Shown here one piece after another: positions 30,375 through 43,600 of a stretch of 64,000 bases of DNA. The notes under the pieces are model-generated. The model was not told the origin of the DNA and searched no databases. It was given only the letters and a program-made list of their open reading frames with translations. Source of the stretch: the human T2T-CHM13v2.0 reference genome, Homo sapiens. The DNA lies in assembly GCF_009914755.1 (NCBI RefSeq), contig NC_060940.1, one strand, 5' to 3'. How positions within the stretch are numbered: the stretch's first letter is position 1; each line of letters starts with the position of its first letter. The translations under genes and the position numbers were made by a program.

Positions 30375-33300
30375 TCCATTTAATGAATCCATTGGTTTCA
30401 ATTCTATGATGATTACATTGGATTCCATTCGTTGATGATTTCATTCGGTTCCATTCAATGATGATTCCATTCAATTCCTTTCAATGTTTCCATTCAATTC
30501 CATACGATGATGATTCCATTTGATTTGATTCGACAGTGAGCCATTCGATTCAATTCCATGATGATTCTATTTGATTCAGTTGGTTGACATTTCCATTCGA
30601 TTCCATTCGATGATGATTCCCTTTGATTCCATTCAAAGATGATTCCATTCTAGCCCATTCAATCATTCCATTCGATTCTATTCAATGATGATTCCATTCA
30701 TGTCGATTTGGTGATTCCATTTGACTTCATTTGATGATGATTCCTTTCAAGTTCATTAGATGATTCCATTCGATTCCATTTGATGATGATCCCATTCGAG
30801 TCCATTCAGTGATTCCATTCGTTTCCATTCCATGATGATTCCATTCCATTCCATTCAATGATTCCATTCGATTCCGTTTGATGATGATTTCATTCGAGTC
30901 CATTTGATGATTCCATTTGATTCCATTCGATGATGATTCCATTCGAGTCCATTCGATGATTCTATTCGAATCCATTTGATGATTTCTTTTGATTATATTT
31001 GGTGATGATTCCATTGGAGTCCATTCAATGATTCCATTCTATTCCAATCGATGATGATTCCATTAGAGTCCATTTAATGTTTCCATTTGATTCCAGTCTC
31101 TGATGATTACATTCGAGTCCATACGATGATTCCACTCAATTCCATATGATGATGATTCCATTCGATTCCATTCGATGATTCCATTCTATTCTATTCAATG
31201 GTGATTCCATTCGAGTACATTAGATGATTCCATTCGATTCCATTCAATGATGATTCTATTTGTGTCCCTTAGATGGTTCCACATGATTCCATTTCATGAT
31301 GATACTATTTGAGCCCATCCAATGATTCCCTTCGATTCCATTCGATGAGGATTCCATTCGATTCAATTCATTGGTGATTCTATTCAATTCAATTCTTTGA
31401 TTCCATTCCATTCCATTCGACAATGATTCCATTCGATTTCTTTCGATGATTCCACTCGATTCCACTTGACATTGATTCCTTTCGATTCCATTCAATGATT
31501 CCGTTTCATTCCAGTGGATGATGATTGCCATCGATTCCATTCGATCACTCCATTCTATTCCATTTGATGATGATTACATTCGATTCCATTTGATGATTCC
31601 ATCTGATTCTATTCGAGGATTCCATTTGATTCCATTCGATGATGATTCCATTCGAGTGCATTCGATGATTTCATTCGAGTACATCCAATGATTCCATTCG
31701 AGTCCATTTGATGATTCCATTTGATTCCATTTGATTATGATTCTACTAGAGTCCATTCAATGACTCCATTCGAATCCATTCTACAATTCCATTCGAGGCC
31801 ATTCGATGATTCCATTTCATGATTCCATTCGAGTCCATTTAATCATTACAGTCGAGTCCATTTGGTGATTCCACTGGATTTCTTTTGATAATGATACCAT
31901 TCAATTACATTTGATGATGATCCCATTCAATTTCATTTGATGGTGATTCCATTAGAGTCCATTCGATGATTTCATTCGAGTCCCTTCATTGATTCCATCC
32001 GATTTCATTGGATGATGACTCCATTCGAGTCCATTCGATGATTCCACTCGATTCCATTAGATGATTCCTTTGGAGTCCATTTGATTGTTCCATTCGATTC
32101 CATTCGATTCCTTTCGAAGATTATTCCATTTGAGTCCATTCGATGATGATTCCATTCCATTCCATTCGATGATTCCGTTTGATTCCATTCGATGATTCCC
32201 TTCGATTCCTTTCTTTGATGATTCCATTCCATTCCATTCAATGATTCCATTCGAATCTATTCCATGATGATTCCTTTCGATTCCATTCGCTGATGTTTCC
32301 GTTCAATTCCATTCGATGATGATTCCATTCGATTCCATTCATTGAGGATTCCATTTGATTCCATTCAATGATGATTCCGTTCTATTCCATTCAATGATTG
32401 CATTCAATTCCATTCAATGATTATCCCCTTAGAGTAAACTCAACGATTCCATTCAATACCATTCGATGATGATTCCTTTTGAGTCCATTCAATGATTTCA
32501 TTCAAGTCCATTTGATGATTCCTTTCAATTCCATTCTATGATGATTCCATTCGAGTCCATTCGATGATTCCATTCGATTGCATTCGATTATTCCATTATA
32601 TTCCAGTCAACGATGATTCCATTCGAGTCCATTCGATGATTCCATTAGAGTACATTTAATGATTGCTTTGTTTTCAATTCGAAGATGATTACATTGGATT
32701 CCATTCTATGATACCATTCGATTCCATTCAATGATGCTTCCACTCAAATCCATTGGATGATTCCATTCGTGTCCGTTCGGTGATTTCATTAGATTCCATT
32801 CGAGGATGATTCCATTCGATTCCATTTGATGATTCCATTCAATTCCATTCGATGATGATTCCATTCCAGTCCATATGATCATTCCATTTGATTTCATTCG
32901 ATGATGATTCCATTCGATTCCATTCGATGATTCCATTCTATTCCATTCGATGATGATTCCATTCGAGTCCATTCGATGATTCCATTCGAGTCCATTTAAT
33001 GATTCCATTGGGTTCAATTCAATGATGATTACATTGGATTCCGTTCTATGATTCCATTCAATTCCGTTCATTGACAATTTGATTCCATTCGATGATGATT
33101 CCATTTGAGTTCATTCGATGATTCTATTCGATTCTCTTCGATGGTGATTCAATTCTATTATATTGGATGATTCCATTCGATTCCATTTGATGTTGATTCA
33201 ATTCGATTCTATTCGATGATGATTCCATTGGATTTCACTTGATGATTCTATTCGATTCCATTCAATGATGATTCACTTCTCGTCCATTGGATGATTCCAT

Positions 33301-36074
33301 TTCATTCCATTCGATGATGATTCCATTCGATTCCATTCGATGATTCCATTTGATTCCATGCGACGGTGAGCAATTCGATTCAATTCCATGATGATTCTAT
33401 TTGATTCAATTAGATGATGTTTCCATTCGAATCCATTCCATGATTATTCCATTGGAATCCATTTGGCGATGATTCCATATGAGTCAATTCAATGATGATT
33501 CCATATGGGTCCGTTCGATGATAATTCCATTTGATTTCATTCGATGCTTCTATTCTATTCCAGTCGATGAATATTCCGTTGGAGTCCATACGATGATTCC
33601 ATTTGATTTCATTTGATGATGATTCCATTCGATGATGATTACATTGGATTCCATTCTATGATTCCATTCAATTCCATTCGTTGATGATTCGATTCCATTC
33701 AATGATGATTCCATTTGAGTTCATTCGATGATTCTATTCGATTCCGTTCGATGGTGATTCAATTCTCTTATATTGGATGATTCCACTCGATTCCATTTGA
33801 TGATTATTCCATTGGAGTCCACTTAGTGAATCCTTTAGATTCTACTCGAAGATGATTCCATTCGAGTCCATTCAATGATACCATTCAATTTCATTCGTTG
33901 ATGCTTCCATTCAAGTGCATTCGATGATATCATTCGATTCCATTTGATGATAATTCCATTTGATTCCATGCGATGATTCTATTCGATTCCATTCAATGAT
34001 AATTCCATTCAATTCAGTGATTCATCTAGACTCCATTTGATGATGATTCCATTCAATGATTCCATTCGATTCTATTCCAAAATGATTCCATTTGAATCCA
34101 TTTGATGATGATTCCATTAGATTCCATTTGATGATTCCATTCAATTCCATTTGACGATGATTCCATTCGATTCCATTTGATGATTCCATTCTATTCTATT
34201 CGATGATGATTCCATTCGATTCCATTTGATGATGATTGGATTCGATTCCATTTGATGATTTCATTTGATTCCATTCGTTAATGATTTCGATCAACTCCAT
34301 TCGATGATTCCATTCGATTCCATTCGATAATGATTACATCCGAGTCCATTCGATGATTCCATTTGAGCCCGTTCGATAATTCCATTTGAGTCCAATCAAT
34401 GATTCCATACATTTCCATTCAATGATTCCATTCGAGTCCATTTGATCATTCTGGTAGGGTCCGTTCGATGTTGATTCCATTGGAGTGCATTCGATGATTC
34501 CATTCGAGTCCATTTTATGATTTGATTCGAGTCCTTTCGATGATTCCATTCGATTCCAATCGATGATGATTTCATTCGAGTCCATTCGACACTTCCAATC
34601 GATTCCATTTGATGTTTCCATTCGAGTCCAATTGATGATTCCATTCAATTCCATTCGATGATGATTCCGTACGACTCCATTCTGTGATGATTACATGTGA
34701 TTGCATTCAATGATGATTCCTTTCGACTGCATTCGATTATGATTCATTTCGTGTTCATTCTATGGTTCCACAGGTTTCCATTCGATGACGTTTCCGTTCG
34801 TGTCCATTCCATTATTCCATTCTATTTCATTTGATGATGATTCCATTCGATTCCATTCATTGGTGATTCCACTCAATTCCATTCAATGATTCCATTCCAT
34901 TTCTTTCAACAATGATTCCATTAGTTTCTATTCGATGATCCACTTGATTCCATTTGGCGATGATTCCATTCGTGTCCATTCGATGATTCCATTTGATTCC
35001 ATATGATGATGATTCCATTCGATTCCATACCATGATGATTCCATTCGAGTCCATTCAATGGTGATTCCATTCAATTCCATTCGATGATTCCTTCCGATTC
35101 CATTCGATGATGATGGCATTCGATTCCTTTCAATCATTCCCTTTGATTCCATTCAAAGGTGATTTCATTCAAGTCCATTCGATAATTGCATTCGATTCCA
35201 TTCTATGATGATTCCATTCGAGTCCATTTGATGATTCCATTCAATTCAAGTCAATGATGATTCCATTCGATTCCACTCGATGATTCCATTGGATTCCATT
35301 CGATGATGATTCCATTCAAATCCATTCGATAATTCAATTCAAGTCCATTCGATGATGATTCCAATCGAATCCATTCAAAGATTCCATTCAATTCCATTCG
35401 ATGATGATTCCCTTAGATTCCATTCGATGATTCCACTTGATTCCATTTACGATGATTCCATTCGATTCCATGTGATGAATCCATTCAATTCTATTCAATG
35501 ATGTTTCCATTTGATTCCATTGGACCATGATTGCCTTTGATTCCATTCAATGATTCCATTCGGTTCCATTTGATGATGATTCCGTTCGATTCCATTTCAT
35601 TATTCCATTTGATTCCATTGGATGAGTCCATTCGATTACATTCGATGATTATTCCATTCGAGTGCATTAGATGATTGCATTCGAGTCCATTCGATGATTC
35701 CATTCGATTCCATTCGATGTTGATTCTGTTCAAATCCATTCGATGATTCCACTCGATTCCATTCGATGACTCCATTTGATCCCATTCGATGATTTCCTGT
35801 GATTCCCTTTGATGATCATTCTATTTGATTCAATTCGGTGATTTCATTTCATTCCATTCAGTGATGTTTCCATTCGACTGTATTCGATGATGATTCCATT
35901 CGACTCCATTCGATTATGATTTCATTCAATTCCATTCAATAATGATTCCCTTCGAGTCCATTCGATGATTCCATTCGATTCCATTCAACGATGATTTGAT
36001 TCGTTTCCATTCGATGATTCCATTTGATTCCACTTGATGATGATTCCATTCGAGTCCATTTGATGATTCCATTC
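30375..36074 (+). repeat. 6.1-kb unit, copy 6, truncated about 0.4 kb before its end; distal third diverged
   Basis: Collinear with copy 5 (offsets 6030, 6102, 6118, 6121) until about 36074. The sequence then continues GAGTCTATTTATGTATTATATTCG instead of AATTCCATACTCCGATG. Confidence 0.9.
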
Positions 36075-39000
36075 GAGTCTATTTATGTATTATATTCGTG
36101 TCCACTTCATGATTCCATTCAATTCCATTTAATGTTGATTCCATTTGATTCCATTTGATGATTCAGTTCGATTCCTTGCAATGATTCCCTACGATTCCTT
36201 TCTATGATGATTCCATTCGATTCCATTCATTGATGATTTCATTCGACTCCATTCGATGATGATTCCTTTCGATTCCATTTGACGATGTTTCCATTCGAGT
36301 CCATTTGATGATGATTCTATTCAATTCTGTTCTATTATGATTCCATTCGATTTCATTCAATGCTTCTATTTGATTCCATTCGATGATGATTCCATCTCTT
36401 TCCCTTCGATGATTCCATTTGATTCCATTCAGTGATGATTCCATTTGATTCCATCTGATGATGATTTCACTTGATTCCTTTCAATGATGATTCAATTCAA
36501 GTCCATTCGATGATTCCATTGGAGTCCAAACGATCATTCCGTTCGATTCCATTCAATGGTGATTCCATTCATGTCCATTCGATGAATCCATTCAATTCCA
36601 TTCGATGATGACTCCATTCGAGTACATTCGATGATTCCATTTGATTCCATTTGAAGATGATTCCATTCAATTCCATTCGAAGATGATTCCATTCAATTCC
36701 ATTCGATGATGATTCCGTATGAATCCATTCTCTGATTATTCCATTCGATTCCATTCATTGACGATTCCATTCAATTCCATTCAATGATGATTCTCTTCTA
36801 TTCCATTCGATGATTCCGGTCGATTCCATTCGATGATGATTCCATTAGATTCCATTCGATTGTTGCATTCGATTCCCTTCGATGATGATTCCTTTGAATT
36901 CCATTCGATTATCATTCCGTATGAATCCATTTGATGATTATTCCATTGGATTCCTTTCGATGATGATTCCATTCGATTCCATTTGATGATGTTTCTCTTG
37001 TATTCCATTGGATAATTCCTTTCAGTTCCCTTCGATGATTATTCTTTCGAGTCAATTCGATGATTCTATTCCATTCCCTTCGATGATGATTCCATTTCAC
37101 TCCATTTGATGATTCCATTCGACTCAATTTGGTGATGATTCAATTCGATGACATTCGATGACTCCATTCAATTTCATTTGATGATGATTACATTCGAGTC
37201 CATTTGATGATTGTATTCCTTTCCTTTTGATGATTATTCCATTCGTGTCTATTCAAAGGTTCCATTCTATTCCATTCAATGATGATTGCATTTGATTCCA
37301 TTCAATGATTATGGCTATCGATTCCACTCGTTGATTCCATTTGATTCCGTTCGATGATTATTCCGTTAGATTCCATTAGAAGATTCCATTCGATTTTATT
37401 CAATGATTCCAATGGATTCCATTCAATGATGATTCCATTCGACACCATTCAGTGATTCCATTCGAGTCCATTTGATGATTCCATTCTTTTGCATTTGATG
37501 ATGATTCCATTAGGGTCCATTCAATTATTCCATTCGAGTCCATTCGTTAACGCCTTTCGAGTCCTTTTGATCACTACATTCGAGTCCATTCAATGATTCT
37601 ATTCGATTCCATTCCATGATGATTCCATTCGAGTTCATCCGATGATTGCATTCGAGTCCATTTGATGATTCCATATGATTCCCTTCGACAATGATTCCAT
37701 TCGTGTCCATTTGATGATTCCATTCATTTCCTATCGACGAAGATTCCATTCAAGTGTATTCGATGATTCCATTCAAATCCATTCGATGATGATTCCATTC
37801 CAGTCCATTCGATCATTCCACTTGATTCCATTTGATGACTATTCCATTCAAATCCATTTGATAATTCCATTCGATTCCATTCGATGTTACCATTCGAGTA
37901 TATACGATGATTCCACTCGATTCCATTTGATGATTATTCCATTGGAGTCCACTTAGTGAATCCTTTAGATTCTACTCGAAGATGATTCCATTCGAGTCCA
38001 TTCGATGATACCATTCAATTCCATTCGTTGATGCTTCCATTCAAGTGCATTCGATGATATCATTCGATTCCATTTGATGATAATTCCATTTGATTCCATG
38101 CGATGATTCTATTCGATTCCATTCAATGATAATTCCATTCAATTCAGTGATTCCTCTGGACTCCATTTGATGATGATTCCATTCAATGATTCCATTCGAT
38201 TCTATTCGAAAATGATTCCATTTGAATCCATTTGATGATGATTCCATTGGATTCCATTTGGTGATTCCATTCGATTCCATTCGATGATGATTCCATTCGA
38301 TTCCTTTTGATGATTCCATTCTATTGTATTCGATGATGATTCCATTCGATTCCATTCGATGATGATTGGATTCGATTCCATTTGATGATTTCATTTGATT
38401 CCATTCGATAATGATTTCGATCAATTCCATTCGATGATTCCATTCGATTCCATTCGATAATGATTACATCCGAGTCCATTCGATGATTCCATTTGAGCCC
38501 GTTCGATAATTCCATTTGAGTCCAATCAATGATTCCATTCATTTCCATTCAATGATTCCATTCGAGTCCATTTGATCATTCCGGTAGGGTCCGTTCGATG
38601 TTGATTCCATTGGAGTGCATTCGATGATTCCATTCGAGTCCATTTTAGGATTTGCTTCGAGTCCTTTCGATGATTCCATTCGATTCCACTCGATGATTTC
38701 ATTCGAGTCCATTCGACACTTCCAATCGATTCCATTTGATGTTTCCATTCGATTCCAATTGATGATTCCATTCAATTCCATTCGATGATGATTCCGTACG
38801 ATTCCATTCTGTGATGATTCCATGTGATTGCATTCAATGATGATTCCTTTCGATTGCATTCGATTATGATTCATTTCGTGTTCATTCTGTGGTTCCACAG
38901 GTTTCCATTCGTGTCCATTCCATTATTCCATTCTATTCCATTTGATGATGATTCCATTCGATTCCATTCATTGGTGATTCCACTCAATTCCATTCAATGA

Positions 39001-40603
39001 TTCCATTCCATTTCTTTCAACAATGATTCCATTACTTTCTAATCGATGATCCACTTGATTCCATTTGACGACGATTCCATTCTTGTCCATTCGATGATTC
39101 CATTTGATTCCATACGATGATGATTCCATTCGATTCCATACCATGATGATTCCATTCGAGTCCATTCAATGGTGATTCCATTCAATTCCATTCGGTGATT
39201 CCTTTCGATTCCATTCGATGATGATGGCATTCGATTCCTTTCAATCATTCCATTTGATTCCATTCAAAGGTGATTTCATTCAAGTCCATTCGATAATTGC
39301 ATTCGATTCCATTCTATGAGGATTCCATTCGAGTCCATTTGATGATTCCATTCAATTCAAGTCAATGATGATTCCATTCGATTCCATTCGATGATTCCAT
39401 TGGATTCCATTCGATGATGATTCCATTCAAATCCATTCGATAATTCAATTCAAGTCCATTCGATGATGATTCCAATCGAATCCATTCAAAGATTCCATTC
39501 AGTTTCATTCGATGATTCCCTTAGATTCCATTCGATGATTCCAGTTGATTCCATTTACGATGATTCCATTCGATTCCATGTGATGATTCCATTCAATTCT
39601 ATTCAATGCTTTTTCCATTTGATTCCATTCGACCATGATTGCCTTTGATTCCATTCAATGATTCCATTCGGTTCCGTTTGATGATGATTCCGTTCGATTC
39701 CATTTGATGATTCCACTGGATTCCATTGGATGAGTCCATTCCATTACATTCGATGATTATTCCATTCGAGTGCATTAGATGATTCCATTCGAGTCCATTC
39801 GATGATTCCATTCGATTCCATTCGATGTTGATTCTGTTCAAATCCATTCGATGATTCCACTCGATTCCATTCGATGACTCCACTTGATCCCATTCGATGA
39901 TTTCCTTTGATTCCCTTTGATGATCATTCCATTTGATTCAATTCGGTGATTTCATTTGATTCCATTCAGTGATGTTTCCATTCGACTCCATTCGATGATG
40001 ATTCCATTCGACTCCATTCGATTATGATTTCATTCAATTCCATTCGATAATGATTCCCTTCGAGTCCATTCGATGATTCCATTCGATTCCATTCAACGAT
40101 GATTTGATTCGTGTCCATTCGATGATTCCATTTGATTCCACTTGATGATGATTCCTTTCGAGTCCATTTGATGATTCCATTCAATTCCATTCTCCGATGA
40201 TTTCTTTTGAGCCCATTCAATGCTTCCACTCGATTCCATATGATGATGACTCCATTCGATGAAATTCGATGATGATTCCATTCGCTTGCATTCGATGACG
40301 ATTCCACTTGAGTCCGTTAGAAGATTCTATTCAATTACATTCCATGACGATTCCGTTCGAGTCCATTTGTTGATTCCATTGGACTCCATTCGACGATGAT
40401 TCCATTCGATGTTATTCGATGATTCCATTCGATCTCATTCGATGATGATTCCATTCAACTCCATTCGATGTTTCCATTCGAGTTCATTCTATTATTCCAT
40501 TAGATTCCATTCGATGATGATTCCATTCGATTCCATTTGATGATTGCATTCTATTTCATTTGATGATGATTCCATTCGAGTCCACTCGATGATTCCATTC
40601 GAG
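36075..40603 (+). repeat. Partial copy (3' ~4.5 kb) of the 11.8-kb long unit
   Basis: Matches about 54369-58951. ORF offsets are 36569->54863 and 36781->55075 (18294), 38041->56358 (18317) and 39966->58314 (18348). The first ~1.85 kb is absent from the 6.1-kb unit. Confidence 0.88.
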
Positions 40604-43600
40604 TCCATTTAATGAATCCATTGGTTTCAATTCTATGATGATTACATTGGATTCCATTCGTTGATGATTTCATTCGGTTCCATTCAATGATGATTCCATT
40701 CAATTCCTTTCAATGTTTCCATTCAATTCCATACGATGATGATTCCATTTGATTTGATTCGACAGTGAGCCATTCGATTCAATTCCATGATGATTCTATT
40801 TGATTCAATTGGTTGACATTTCCATTCGATTCCATTCGATGATGATTCCCTTTGATTCCATTCAAAGATGATTCCATTCTAGCCCATTCAATCATTCCAT
40901 TCGATTCTATTCAATGATGATTCCATTCATGTCGATTTGGTGATTCCATTTGACTTCATTTGATGATGATTCCTTTCAAGTTCATTAGATGATTCCATTC
41001 GATTCCATTTGATGATGATCCCATTCGAGTCCATTCAGTGATTCCACTCGTTTCCATTCCATGATGATTCCATTCCATTCCATTCAATGATTCCATTCGA
41101 TTCCGTTTGATGATGATTTCATTCGAGTCCATTTGATGATTCCATTTGATTCCATTCAATGATGATTCCATTCGAGTCCATTCGATGATTCTATTCGAAT
41201 CCATTTGATGATTTCTTTTGATTATAGTTGGTGATGATTCCATTGGAGTCCATTCAATGATTCCATTCGATTCCAATCGATGGTGATTCCATTAGAGTCC
41301 ATTTAATGATTCCATTTGATTCCAGTCTCTGATGATTACATTCGAGTCCATACGATGATTCCACTCAATTCCATATGATGATGATTCCATTCGATTCCTT
41401 TCGATGATTCCATTCTATTCTATTCAATGGTGATTCCATTCGAGTACATTAGATGATTCCATTCGATTCCATTCAATGATGATTCTATTTGTGTCCCTTA
41501 GATGATTCCACATGATTCCATTAGATGATGATACTATTTGAGCCCATCCAATGATTCCCTTCGATTCCATTCGATGAGGATTCCATTCGATTCAATTCAT
41601 TGGTGATTCTATTCAATTCAATTCTTTGATTCCATTCCATTCCATTCGACAATGATTCCATTCGATTTCTTTCGATGATTCCACTCGATTCCACTTGACA
41701 TTGATTCCCTTCGATTCCATTCAATGATTCCATTTGATTCCAGTGGATGATGATTGCCATCGATTCCATTCGATCACTCCATTCTATTCCATTTGATGAT
41801 GATTACATTCGATTCCATTTGACGATTCCATCTGATTCTATTCGAGGATTCCATTTGATTCCATTCGATGATGATTCCATTCGAGTCCATTCGATGATTT
41901 CATTCGAGTACATCCAATGATTCCATTCGAGTCCATTTGATGATTCCATTTGATTCCATTTCATAATGATTCTACTAGAGTCCATTCAATGACTCCATTG
42001 GAGTCCATTCAACACTTCCATTCGACTCCATTTGATGATTCCATTCGATTCCATTTGATGATTCCATTCGAGTCCATTTAATCATTACAGTCGAGTCCAT
42101 TTGGTGATTCCACTGGATTTCTTTAGATAATGATACCATTCAATTACATTTGATGATGATCCCATTCAATTTCATTTGATGATGATTCCATTAGAGTCCA
42201 TTCGATGATTTCATTCGAGTCCCTTCATTGATTCCATCCGATTTCATTTCATGATGACTCCATTCGAGTCCATTCGATGATTCCACTCGATTCCATTAGA
42301 TGATTCCATTGGAGTCCATTTGATTGTTCCATTCGATTCCATTCGATTCCTTTCGAAGATTATTCCATTTGAGTCCATTCGATGATGATTCCATTCCATT
42401 CCATTCGATGATTCCGTTTGATTCCATTCGATGAATCCCTGCGATTCCTTTCTTTGATGATTCCATTCCATTCCATTCAATGATTCCATTCGAATCTATT
42501 CCATGATGATTCCTTTCGATTCCATTCGCTGATGTTTCCGTTCAATTCCATTCGATGATGATTCCATTCGATTCCATTCATTGAGGATTCCATTTGATTC
42601 CATTCAATGATGTTTCCGTTCTATTCCATTCAATGATTGCATTCAATTCCATTCAATGATTATCCCCTTAGAGTAAACTCAACGATTCCATTCAATACCA
42701 TTCGATGATGATTCCTTTTGAGTCCATTCAATGATTTCATTCAAGTCCATTTGATGATTCCTTTCAATTCCATTCTATGATGATTCCATTCGAGTCCATT
42801 CGATGATTCCATTCGATTGCATTCGATTATTCCATTATATTCCAGTCAACGATGATTCCATTCGAGTCCATTCGATGATTCCATTAGAGTACATTTAATG
42901 ATTGCTTTGTTTTCAATTCGAAGATGATTACATTGGATTCCATTCTATGATACCATTCGATTCCATTCAATGATGATTCCACTCAAATCCATTGGATGAT
43001 TCCATTCGTGTCCATTCGGTGATTTCATTAGATTCCATTCGAGGATGATTCCATTCGATTCCATTCGATGATTCCATTCAATTCCATTCGATGATGATTC
43101 CATTCCAGTCCATATGATCATTCCATTTGATTTCATTCGATGATGATTCCATTCGATTCCATTCGATGATTCCATTCTATTCCATTCGATGATGATTCCA
43201 TTCGAGTCCATTCGATGATTCCATTCGAGTCCATTTAATGATTCCATTGGGTTCAATTCAATGATGATTACATTGGATTCCGTTCTATGATTCCATTCAA
43301 TTCCGTTCATTGACAATTTGATTCCATTCGATGATGATTCCATTTGAGTTCATTCGATGATTCTATTCGATTCTCTTCGATGGTGATTCAATTCTATTAT
43401 ATTGGATGATTCCATTCGATTCCATTTGATGTTGATTCAATTCGATTCTATTCGATGATGATTCCATTGGATTTCACTTGATGATTCTATTCGATTCCAT
43501 TCAATGATGATTCACTTCTCGTCCATTGGATGATTCCATTTCATTCCATTCGATGATGATTCCATTCGATTCCATTCGATGATTCCATTTGATTCCATGC

